DNA of 64,000 bases from Nitrospirales bacterium. Its GTDB lineage: Bacteria; Nitrospirota; Nitrospiria; Nitrospirales; UBA8639. Position numbers and translations under genes: made by a program. Of the stretch, positions 42,426 to 54,078 are shown piece after piece. The stretch lies in assembly GCA_965203295.1 (NCBI GenBank), contig CBDBCZ010000005.1, forward strand, positions 1 to 64,000, given 5' to 3'. Within the stretch, counting starts at the first letter, position 1. Each line of letters starts with the position of its first letter. The notes under the pieces were generated by a model. It did no database searches. It worked only from the letters and a program-made list of their open reading frames with translations, and was not told where the DNA came from.

Positions 42426-44508
42426 TGCTATACAACAGTTTAGGAAGTGTATTGCTTGCAGTCTTGGCCGTGTGGGGCCAGTGGCTGTCTTGAACTTGTC
42501 GATGATAGCCAGTCTACTAATAGACAGGGTCTTTGGTATTGGAATAGACCTTTTCGTTGTACGCAGAAGTATTCATGAAATGCAATTATTTTACGTGGTG
42601 TACATCCGGAGTACGTTTAGGCCCTGCCAAACGCTTGTTTGACAGGTAGCAGCAATGAAAGGACAATAGGAGGTGGCATGTTTGGACTTCCCACGTCAGT
42701 AACACGACTGATTTGCTGTGTGTGTGGATGAGGGGATACTGCGTAAGTGTGGCTTCATGAGTCAGTTCACTGCTGCCACGGTTACCACAGGAAAGTAGAG
42801 ACAGACTGCGCTACTGGGGCTAATATACTCGTTGATGGTGCCGTTTGTCTACAGCTCTCGTGCATACGGAAGGCACACAAAGCCTGCTTACCTGGGAGCT
42901 TTAGTACCCTTGGTATAAGTACGTGATTGATCTTTGACTCTGTGCGCCACCAGGAGCGCATCGAGCCGGCGCCGGCGAGGGAGCATGCAACTACGCATGT
43001 GCATTACATAGACGACGAAATTCAAACATAGCCGTCATATTCTAAATAAAGTAGTATCCGTATATGAATTTTTATGACGCAACAGCAGGAAAATGTAACA
43101 GCATTATAAGTGAGAAAGCCACGAAGTGGGTAAAAGTGAAGCGGTGTGTCGGCATACATTCGAGCGAGATGACTAGTTGTCCGAAGTGAAAGCGTGTGGG
43201 AGACGGTCCAATTTTCCAACAAGTGAGTCCAAGTACTACCATACCCACGCTCAATGACTGTTACAACGGCTTACAACTAACCTTCACATCAACGTCGTTA
43301 TGCTCGGAGTCTGCTTTAGCTGTATCACCATCCAACACTCTCTGTAGTTGCCCTGCAAAGCTGCCACTCACCGTCTTACGTACCCATGTGTGTTTATATT
43401 CCATATTTGGTGGTTACTAAATTAGCTTCCGGATGCCCTGTTTGGATTTTGCCATCTGTACTAGTTGCAAGCTCCCTCACCAGCTTTGCCGACTCGATGC
43501 GCTTCTGGCACCACAATGGTATTCATACAACTGCCATTCTGAACACATGCATTACATTGAGGCTTGGGGGGGGCAAGCCCTTACACACAGAGGGCAGAAT
43601 GCATACCACTAGTGTGTATTAGAATCTCTTAGGGAGTATGGTGGCATGCAGGAATATATCTCTACAAAGAACAGCTGGAGAGAAAAATTCAGCAAAAACA
43701 ACTTGCATAGTGGGATGAAAATTTTTGTGAGAAAAGATAGTGGGCTCTTCTCCTTGTGATGTTTTAGAGGGGAGAGCCTGGGGATGAGGTGATGCTCAAG
43801 TTGTGTATCTCTGTACAGAATGAGTGAAGTAGAGTGTAATTCTGACAGTGAGTCTAGTAGCTGGTCTCCGCGGATTAAAACTCCGGAGGTAGAGTCATGT
43901 AATGAATGTTGTCTGGCTAGGAAAGCGCGATTGCAGCTAAAGATAATTTTGTGAAGGGCTCGACCTTTAATTAAGAATAATGATGGATACCTGCACCTCC
44001 CCTCAAGTCCATATTCCAGATGATTGAGTCGGGGCTCGATGGTGTAAACAGCAAAACACTATCTATGGGAAACATATTTTATGTAGTCCAGTTTATCTTG
44101 CTACACATGACTTTAATGTGCAATGGTCAACCTTGGCCGTCCTCTGGACTCCTAACATGTACTCGAATAGATCATTTTTCACCTGTTCACTATATAGCTA
44201 ATTTGTCGACATTATTGGGTTTGCTTTGCCCTAATATTCACCTAGAATGTTCTGTATGAGGTACTTAGATGATATCTTATATATTAGCTGTTGTGTTCTA
44301 TAGTTACGCACCAGTGAATTAGTCCATTTCGGATGGGGGTGGGGGCAAAGTTTCCTCTCTAATGGATTTTTGTGGCTAAAGGTTCTGTTTCATAACTCCT
44401 GAACCCAACAAGCTATTGTTTAGCTATCTTCCAAGTGCATCATTACAGGAAATCAGGGCAATCGAGTAGTAAACAGGAAGTGACCATTAATAATGGCTGT
44501 TTCCCCAG

Positions 44509-45179
44509 ACACTATAGGACACTCGAAGAAGAGCTGTCAAGTCATACGACATGGACCCAGTGGATCTCCACGTTGGTACGTACTTCACTGTCAACTCCTC
44601 TTGGAAATTAGTAGTGCTAGTGTTGTTTAGTATGGTTTCACATAATTAGGGGATTTAGTTTATTAAAAGCTGGTGCAGAACAAAAGTTTGTTTTTGGTTT
44701 TTAGTCAGTCAACTAAAAAGAAAAAAATGGTTTTAATGTACATGCATGTACTGAATCACTTTATACGTATTAGTTAACCATAACTAAAAGCAATGGGTTG
44801 ATTTTGGCAGTGTATTCCCGCCTTTGAAGTTTTGGTTAACTAAATCTGTTTTCGCTTCTACTAAAAGACTTTTAGTTATAGTTTTAGTCAACTAAACAGC
44901 ATTACAGTGATTACACACTTAAAAAAATTATTTCTGTTCTGCTTCCCTCAATGTGTGCCAACAGCTCAGTCGTACGTTGGCAAGGGGACGTATCTGAAGA
45001 GAATCCGCTACCACGGGAGAGGGATGCACGGGGTGATGCACAAGACCTACTCACACTACTTCTTGATACTCAAACAAGGCCGGGCAGTGTGCAAGAAGAG
45101 AACTAAAGAAGACTGCAGGCGTTTCAAGCCAAAGAAACTCATCGAGGCTGGACCCAGGAGCATCTCCAATTCAATATAA
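44509..45179 (+). pseudogene. MRPL22: Last two exons of mitochondrial ribosomal protein uL22m
   Basis: Exons 44509-44575 and 44965-45179: DTRRRAVKSYDMDPVDLHVAQSYVGKGTYLKRIRYHGRGMHGVMHKTYSHYFLILKQG; LKRIRYHGRG is characteristic. In-frame TAG at 44515 unless that AG is the acceptor; 5' exons not found. Confidence 0.85.
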
Positions 45180-45854
45180 TAGCAGTATCATCATCATGTA
45201 AATCATTGTATTTACTAAAAACATATGCACAATTGATGACTAGCTAGGTAAACAATAACTTATGAGGTCACATGGAAGGAAGAGAACAGGAGTGAGTAGT
45301 GTGTGCATGTGTGGTCAGTCCAGTGATTGTGTGGCTGTTCTTTAAGCCCACCTGAAAAGCGTCAGTGCTATTATCATCTTCCATGTCCAACTGTAGGCAA
45401 TTATGAGAGCTGTAAAGAACAGAACACACTATTTGCCCAATAATGGCAATTTAACCCCTACCAGCTATTGTCAAAAGTGACAATTAAGAGAGCTTCAGCT
45501 TCCAATAGAGAATAGAATGCCAATTAGTTCCTACCAATTATTGGCAAAAGTGAGTAGGAGGGCTTTTGCTTCCTAGAAGGAAAAAGTACACTATATATGA
45601 CAATTTAATAATCCTGCAAGTATAGGCAATTGCTAATCAAAAATTGCCATTCTTGGCAATTAATGTTGACCCCAAAGTTTCCAAAAATGGCTTGTGGACA
45701 TACCCGGCTATAGGGCGTTTAGGTCAAGTTCACACACCCATGGAATGCCAAACCTCCACAGCTGCGGAACCAGCACTGACATACCCTAGCGACCACTCAC
45801 TGCACCATACATATACCTATTCAGCTAGGAGGAGCTAAAAAGATACTTGGCTGC

Positions 45855-46758
45855 TCTTCTAAAACGTGTAATGAAGCAGTAAGGGGGGAGATATGGGGTT
45901 AGAATCTTTAAAAGGCAGGAGGGATAGATGCAAACTTAAGTGGTGGTATATATAAAGTCAATAATTTGGATGATGAGAGATATCCTAGATTACTACTAGA
46001 CAGTGAGTGGGATGTAGGGGTAGGCAGAGGGAGACTTGGAGGAAAGTAATTAGTGAACTGTTGCTGCAGTTAAATCTCGACAGTCAGGAAATACTAGCTG
46101 AAGATTGTAATGTAAACTTGTTTTTAGAGAGAGTAGATGAAGCATTGAGGTACAGAGAATATAAAGATTTTAAATGAATACTTAAATAGTAAAATTAAAC
46201 TTAGTCTTTACAAGTCTTTTTGTAAGGAAATAGAATTTAAAAATTACTTGTAGGGGTTTGGGGATCCAGGAACACGATTGTTGTTTAAGTTTAGGTCTGG
46301 TACTAATGGTCTGAATGAAGAGTTAGGAAGACATCAGGGTAAAAATGATGATAGGCAGTGTAAGTTATGTGGGGATGAATGTGAGACTGTAGTACGTACA
46401 TGTGCTCTGGGAGTGTCCTGTGTATGATACTATTATAAATACTTTCATGGAAGACTTAGACAAACTGTTGGGTGGAAGTTTTGAAGAGTTTAGTGCACTC
46501 AATAATTTCGAGAGGACGGGCTTTGTTTTAGGGTGTGAAAATTGGGAAAGATATGATTTAAAGGCTTTAAGAGTTTTATTTTATTACTCTGGGATACTAG
46601 GAAGAATAAATTATATTGCGATCAGGATGGTAATAGTGAGACATCTGGTTGCTCTTGCTCTTGTCCTCTGAATGGAGATCTTTCAAGCTCTGCCTGCGTA
46701 TGTGGGTGCATGGTCAATGGCGTAAGTGCTACGGCAGCAACATGAGTATATTAATTAA
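45855..46758 (+). mobile_element. 5'-truncated LINE (CR1/L2 group) ORF2 C-terminus
   Basis: KLKWWY...TRLLFKFRSGTNGLNEELGRH...CKLCGDECETVV.VLWECPVY (CCHC-type), with stops and shifts. Confidence 0.8.
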
Positions 46759-46959
46759 CACTGGCTTTGACCTCTCCTCCACCGCACATTAATTTTGTCC
46801 TTCTCTTGCTGATTCAACAAGGCCCTCTGAATCCACGTACGTTCTATGAACCCATTTTCCAAAACTATTCGTAAGCGATGCCATAACTCCGTTAGCCGGA
46901 CATTCCTTCATTCAAAGATTGGACTTATGACTAGGGCCCCCACACGTGCACACACATAC

Positions 46960-47006
<47 letters not shown>

Positions 47007-47297
47007 TCTACACTACAAACTAATAGTTCGCCGGGTGTGCAAGCTTCAATTGAATGGGTTTCCAGATTAGTTGTTCTTCTGAAAGACTGAAAACATAAAT
47101 ATTTCATTACTGGTCATGTAGTAGGCATGTTTTACAATAATACTATGCAAATGTTAATACACAGCAAAGCTAACAGGGAAAACTGCATGACACTGTACAC
47201 GCGTAGGAAAGTTAATTCTACATATTTAAACATACATGTACATGTAAGAAGTTTCTGTACCAAGTTGCGCATACTACCAGTTTGGCTGAATGACGGA

Positions 47298-48720
47298 TCA
47301 CGTTGGACAGCAGCCCTTGTCACACTCGTAGCTGTCCCCACACTTGCACGTGCTTCCATCGCAGCCCTGGCACGTACACTGACAGCAGGCTCCCTGGCAA
47401 TCACTGGTACACTTGCAGAGAGGACCGCAAGAGCAGTCAGCTGGATAGAGAGAGACATGCCCAGCAATATAAGCATCCATGCAGAGGAGCAAAACTATAA
47501 GTTGATTGAAGTATTAAAGGGTTTATATAATCATAGCTAGTGCTACAGTCCATGCAAAACCTATAGAAGCAAGGTGAACTTACTGCATGTAGTATACTTG
47601 CAGCATCCTTTCGTGCATTTGCACTTGTCTCCACAGTTGCAGGATGTTCCGTCACAGCCCTTGCAAATACATTCACAGCAACCTCCCTTGCAACTGTCAT
47701 CACACTGACAAGAGGGACCACAGCTGCACTCAGCTGTTTGGGAGGGAGAGAACAATAAATATCAGGGCCGTAGCAAGCACTTTTGAAGTGGTCCGGCCAG
47801 GAAGTTCGCAATTCGTGAAATTGGTGGGCGTAAGCTCCCCTTCCTAGGGGGGTCTGGGGGCATGCCCCCCAAGAAATTTTGAGATTTTTGGTGCTCTGAG
47901 GTGCATTCTGAGGCCTTATCAGTGCAAATTATATTGTTAGTTTCAATGTTAACAAAATCATTTAAAACAGACTTCAAATCTAAATTATCAGTCCTTTCTT
48001 TATGAACATGCAGAATCATGAGGTGATTAAGTCGTTCTTGTGCCATGGTTGTTCTCAGGTAGTTTTTAAGGCGTAGATCATAGAGTCAATATGAATTGCC
48101 TCAGAGTGCCTTAGCGCGTAACGCGAGGCAATTAATCTTGTAGTGCGCGTGCGGCAGTCGAATCTGAGTTTCGGCCCCGGGGGCAAGCACGTGCTCGAGA
48201 TGGTCACGCATGTCCTAGGAAGTTACGCGCCTAACACGGATTCTGACCTTGTACTGCTGGCGCATGAACGATCAGATTTATTCAAGTCGATCACTGAGGT
48301 TGTCTTACTGCAGCTCCAGGGTTTGAGTAGCCTCTGTTTCAGCAGAGACGTTACGGCCCGACGGTACCGCGGCAAATCGAGCGCTATGAGCAAAGCCCGT
48401 GACTCTGTATCAACATGCTGGGCCTTGGAAGTACGCTTCAGACAGAGACAACCGTCTACTGACATGCTGAAAGCGTAGTCGCGTTGTCGTAGCAGCTTCC
48501 AAAGTGGGTGTGGTTTGTGATTCTCTCGATCTATTCTGCGCATGCGCAATTCTGAAAACTAACGGTCACGAAAACTGGTCCGGCCAAAACCGGACCGGCC
48601 GGACCGCTTGCTACGGCCATGATATTAAACGAACTACACATGGTAACACCGTGAAACACTGCACTACAGAAACTTACAGCACTCGCACGTTATCTTCGTT
48701 TCTTGTGTCAGTGAGGCCAT
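47298..48720 (-). CDS. Metallothionein, 111 aa, 3 exons (48720-48678, 47733-47584, 47440-47298)
   Basis: Phase-1 GT-AG introns give MASLTQETKITCECSECSCGPSCQCDDSCKGGCCECICKGCDGTSCNCGDKCKCTKGCCKYTTCTDCSCGPLCKCTSDCQGACCQCTCQGCDGSTCKCGDSYECDKGCCPT*; 34 Cys in CxC/CC motifs. Confidence 0.92.
47763..48621 (-). mobile_element. Deleted hAT transposon in metallothionein intron 1
   Basis: TIR cagggccgtagcaagc / gcttgctacggccatg; hAT dimerisation-domain fragment LKNYLRTTMAQERLNHLMILHVHKE. No clean 8-bp TSD. Confidence 0.8.
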
Positions 48721-48820
48721 TATCTCCGACTAGGTATAACAATTGCCGCTTTTGAATTTCTTGACTGAGGTCCTTGGTGGGTTGATTGTCTTAGTAGTTT
48801 AATATGCGAACACATTCGGC

Positions 48821-49060
48821 TTATATACTGTGTAGCAAGGACGAGTGCATCAAGCTAGCTAGTGCTAGTGCAGTTTCGCCTGCAGAAAGTACGTAACTCT
48901 CCCAGCGAGTGCAGATCTCGAGGGCATTTTCGTGTTGCATGCGGCGATCGTGCGCAAATGTTGACGTCATGCCATTGGTGTGCGAACGAACACGTGGCGG
49001 CGCTCTCTAGTCTCTACATAAGCTTGTACTCTAGCCCCACGCGTTACCACTAACACGTGG
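48821..49060 (-). promoter_or_regulatory. Metallothionein promoter: TATA, three MRE cores, CRE
   Basis: Minus strand TATATAA 48821-48827; TGCACTC 48843-48849 and 48907-48913; TGCGCAC 48950-48956 (TGCRCNC); TGACGTCA 48962-48969; CACGTG at 48991 and 49054. Confidence 0.8.
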
Positions 49061-49637
49061 GCTAGGAGAATATCGAATATTTGAGCTGGAGCAAGAAGGT
49101 TACTGTCCTACCGCTCTGGGAATGACCTAGGTAAGAAGTGGTTCCCAAAAATGGAAGTGTCTCGCATGGGAAACGCTGCAGGTTTCTATCAAGCTCGCTT
49201 GTTTCCCCGCAAGAGCAGATAAAGCCATAGATAGTATAGTGCATAGACATAGTCTATGCACTATACTATCTATGATAAAGCGAACTAGTAATAGCAGACA
49301 ATCCGCAGACAATTGTACTCGCATGAGAATTAGGGTAAGGGTTAGGGCCAGGGTTTGGCTATGTAATTTTTCGTGGATCATAATTTTTCATGGTCTGTCT
49401 ACTATAGTTGATCCGATACTTGTTTGAGATAAAAAAACTGCTAATTCCCCTCAGCCTCAGGATGCGGTGCCCAACAACATCCTGGCTCGAGCGTCGGCCG
49501 AGATCATGACTGGCTACATCACAACACGCTACTGGAGGGCGCCTGAGGTCATGCTGAGCTGGATGTGCTGTGGTTAGTGTCTTAGTAGAGGAGGTCACCA
49601 GGGTGGGCCTTTGGTAACCAAGGTCTCAGTAGTCATA

Positions 49638-50783
49638 CCGTAAACTCTGGTTGTTAGGCGCACCTTTGCTATTAAGCGCATCAATACTTAACGTTAGTTC
49701 TGTCTGTCTGTCTGTGTGTGTAACGGATGTGACATCCGCTAATCATCGCCCTCGAATGCGCGAGAAGACCGTGACGTCATCATATGTGTACATAGCTAAT
49801 TAGTACTTTGACCACTGCATGCGTTAGGACGACTTCGACCGCTACGTGCGTTGGGATGCTCTGACAGCCGACGGTATATCATGATGGCCTCAAATCAGCA
49901 CTTCGAGCGCGCTCTATTGCGAAGGTTAGTGGCTGTATAGTCCTGTAAGTGCAAACCATGCACAGCTGTAACTGCTACGCTAGACAAACTACGACAATGT
50001 GCATTAAATGGAGTCAGTTCCATTCGCCTACATGTGCTGATGTGGGTATGGTTTTGTAATTGCTTGCAGTCTCTCCCTTGAGTTACTGCCTCCACATGGC
50101 TCAGGCAGAAAACTACTTTAAAAGTCTCGATCAGGCTACTGCCACAGATGTTTTCCAGCTGATTGTAGTCTTCTCTGTAGCACTGTCTCCACGTTTCAGT
50201 CTGCCAACAATACTAGCTAAATGTACCCTACAAACCAACAAATCACATGCAGATTACATCTTTTACCTCTGTCCGTACAGAGCGAGCGAGTTCAACAAAC
50301 ACAACTACTTGTAATATTTATTAAGCGCATGCTTCCTTCCCGGTCGTGGGTATTATTTTTTAGCGCTTGCTAAGAAATGCCAAAACCCTCTTGAGAACTC
50401 TCTAGGTACATGCCCGACTACGCTTCCGCCTGCATTTAGCAAAGCAACAGCGCGTCTTTCAGTGAGCTAGCGTTTCCGGGTTCTTGGTTAACCAAAAGAA
50501 TTTCGCCATGTCGTGGAGTCCATATCTCCTTGAAGACATGGTGGCCACGGATTACTTTCTTGGAGGAGGATGAAGTCTTCGATACTTCGCCAATACTCAC
50601 CATCTCGCACAGCTTTTTTAAACACGACTACGAAAATAGCTGTCTCTGCACGCATCTTGCATTCTCACGTGTTGGGCGTGGCTGCAATAATTACACCCCT
50701 ATTAGCGCACATCCTCTATTAGACGCATGGTTGCTTACCACCTAGAGTCATAAGCGCATGCGCTTATTAACCAGAGTTTACGG
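49638..50783. mobile_element. pogo/Tigger-like element, probably with a nested HINE-like insert
   Basis: ta|ccgtaaactctggtt ... aaccagagtttacgg|ta; empty site agtagtcatatgttgaa seen at ~51040 and ~51730. Confidence 0.8.
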
Positions 50784-52154
50784 TATGTTAAATTTTGCTA
50801 GTTGTGAGTATGCCAGTGTTTCATACAAGATTCTGTGCTCCGGGAGGGGGGGGGGGGGGGGAGGGGTTTGGGAAAATAAACAAAAGTATTTGAAACTGAT
50901 GGTATGCGCACCATGCGGGTCTGCCGGCATACCCCCATGAATTATTTTGAAAAAGAAGCTGCCCTTGAGATTGGTTTGGAAGCTAGCTGACTACCCAACC
51001 CTTGTGTTCAAAATTACGCCTTTGGGAACCAAGATCTCAGTAGTCATATGTTGAATTTTGCTAGTTATGAGTATACCAGTTTATCATACAAGATTCTATG
51101 CTCCGGGACAGGGGGGGGGGGTGTTGAATTTTGCTAGTTGTGAGTACCAGGGTTTCATATGCTGGGAGTGGGCACTTTTTTGGTGCACACATCATGGGGT
51201 CTGGGGGCATACCCCATCAAATTTTTTTTGAAAAGTAGCTATCAAATATTTGAGCAGGGGAAGGTTACTGTCCTACCGCTCTGGGAATGACTCAGGTAGG
51301 AAGTGGTTCCCAAAAATGGAAGTGTCTCGCATGGGAAACGCTGCAAGTTTCTATCAAGCTCGCTTGTTTCCCCGCACGAGCAGATAAAGCGAACTAGTAA
51401 TAGCAGACGGACCGCAAACAATTGTACTCGCGCGAGAATTAGGGTAAGGGTTAGGGCCAGAGTTAGGTTATTTAATTCTTTACGGAACGTAATTTTTCAT
51501 GGTCTGTCTACTATAGTTTATCCGATGCTTGTTTGAGGTAGAAAACTACTAATTTCCCTCAGCCTCAGGGTGTGACTCCCAACAACATCCTGGCACGGGC
51601 GTCAGCCAAGATTGATTACGTCACAACACGCTACTGGAGGGCACCTGAGATCATGCCGAACTGGATGTGCTATGGTTAGTGTCTTGGTAGAGGGGGTCAC
51701 CAGGGTGGGCCTTTGGTAACCAAGGTCTCAGTAGTCATATGTTGAATTTTGCAAGTTATAAGTACTAGGGTTTCATATGCTGGAGGTGGGCACTTTTTTG
51801 GTGCGCACATTATGCCATTCTAGGGGAGGTCTGCCGGCATACCCCCATGAATTATTTTGAAAAAGAAGCTGCCCTTGAGATTGGTTTGGAAGCTAGCTGG
51901 CTATACCCAACACTTGTGTTCAGAATTACATACAGCATTTAGCACTTTGAATGTATATTGGAATAAGAACCTAATCATTAGTGTTGTTGGCAATTTGTTT
52001 TTTAGGCCTTTGTGGAGCAGTGATAATACCTGCTATAACTCACCTTTTCACTTCACAACCGACTGGTATATTGTTAGATTTGTACCTAGAGAGAGAACAT
52101 GCAAGTGGTAACAAGCTTTCTACCTCACAGTGCGCAGATTCATGCCTCATAGTC

Positions 52155-52295
52155 AACCCCGCAAGTGTTTTGAGCAGTGCTCCCTCTATAAGGAGGGAGT
52201 CGTGTGCATGCTACATGGTTACAATCTTATGGAGGTGCAGGCTGCACCGAGTACTATATATTTTTGGGGTGCATAGTAAAAGGCCTCCAGCACAC
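52155..52295 (+). ncRNA. Sm-class small RNA unit 8 (predicted RNA ~52215-52295)
   Basis: aaccccgcaagtgttttgagcagtgct, tataag at 52187, internal hairpin ggtgca-ggc-tgcacc, atttttgg 52260-52267; 3' stem weak. Confidence 0.55.
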
Positions 52296-53941
52296 TGAAA
52301 TGTGAGAGCACTGTTCTGGTAGTGGGTCACAGGAGAACACAGTGCTATATTTGCACTGGCTACAAAATACTCTATAGTTCTGCTGATTGTTACTGACACG
52401 AATCAGATATTATTGCTGAGCACAAGGCCAATAATCGTGACTCATGGACAGCAGAAACTCAGCTAGCGTTTATCTGTGTATCCGTATATCCATCCCCAAG
52501 TATGTCAGTCGCACTTCCCTGAAAAGGTTGTGTCTTTAGAAATCAGCAACCGGAACAAAACTAGCAGAGACATATTGCGCGCTCCTGGACTCTGCAGAGT
52601 GGACCATCTATGTGCAGCCTGTATATATACCGTACTCGTGTAATACCATACCCCACACTCCTGGACTCTGTGGAGTGGATCGTCTGTGTGCTGACCCCTA
52701 AATATATACCGCTCGTGTAATACCATACCCCACACTCCTGGACTCTGTGGAGTGGATCGTCTGTGTGCTGACCCCTAAATATATACCGTACTCGTGTAAT
52801 ACCATATCCATGCTGTAGGCGGGATTGATTACCTTAGTAATGTCACGGACACTTCTCTATGTATACTTCAGTATGAACACATGTCAAGGGGCCGTGGATA
52901 CTCTGCCACTGTCATATTCAACTTCTTGACCGTTATAAAATGGTGCACCTTGCCAATGTTGAATACGAAAGAGCTGGAGACACTTTGGTCACTGTCACAT
53001 ACACACACATCGATTTTTTTGGATTTCAATTGTTACCTCCTGCTTTGTAATTGTTATAGACTCTAAATCGCCCATTTGAAAGATTTTCTTTTTGACAGAC
53101 AACGGTGTCAATGCCCATCATTTTACGCCACTTGGAAAGAGTTAATTTATAGCCAATACTTCACTGGGATGCACCATCAAGTTTAATTAAGGGGGTAGCT
53201 TGGAGTGTACATACTTAGTGGGACCGTATTTGTTGTATTATTTTACCTGTGACTGGGCTTATAATTAAGGAGCAGCAGTGCAGTGAGAAATGTTGTGAGC
53301 TCTGACTGACACAATGCTTACTGTTTTAGCCGCTTGCTAACTATAGCTTACCAGGCTACTGTAGGAAACCCTGCCAGCAGAATCCTGCGGTTCCTGCCAC
53401 CCACACAATCAGTGTTCATGTACAGTGAAACCTCACCCTACAGTTGTCACCTAGTACAATAAGTGGTCAGTAGGGACGGTCCCGAAATATGTGCCAACGT
53501 GCTATATACATTTTAACACTCACATAATGGTCACTCGTTAATACAGTTATTGGTCACTATCATGCAGTCCCAACAGCCTGCAAGCATAGTATATCCAACT
53601 TGTTAGTAATGGTCGTGCACGACAATAGAGTTCGGAGCCTATCTATATAGGTGTATCATACAACAACTCTACTAATGTCTGACTAGAACTGCTTTGGTCA
53701 CTATGAGGTGCACACAAGTGGAGTTTTTTTGCAATTGTTTTTTTCTTCGACAGATGGACAGACAAAACCAATTGCTTAACCCCGCTCACCCTTACGTGGC
53801 ATGGGGTGAAAATGTGCTCTCTACATCTGCCATGGGGCACTGTATCTGATCACTCAGGCTCCGCCTAATGCTCTCAGAGTGAATTGTGATCATTGCTATT
53901 AATTACATTCTGGGTGAATGAATATCTGTACTGAATGTACC

Positions 53942-54078
53942 AAACCCACGAGTGAATTGCTCACAGTGGGGCTATAAAAGCAGCTCTGGCCAGATTGCTG
54001 GGTTAGTAGCTACCTGACTAGCCTGCCTCCATGCAACATGAGTAATGGAATTTTTTGGGTGCCTGTACTTGTATGGGC
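53942..54078 (+). ncRNA. Sm-class small RNA unit 9 (predicted RNA ~54001-54078)
   Basis: aaacccacgagtg, tataaaa at 53973, aattttttgg 54049-54058, hairpin gcctgta-cttg-tatgggc 54061-54078. Confidence 0.6.

Noticed and set aside
43604..43753. Further small-RNA unit (ccactagtgtg ... aatttttgtg plus a weak stem)
   Set aside because: The promoter-like word coincides with the cactagt end of a common repeat and there is no TATA; unproven.
44307..44405. Promoter-like word plus atttttgtgg and ggttc..gaacc
   Set aside because: Spacing is too short to leave a 5' segment; no TATA.
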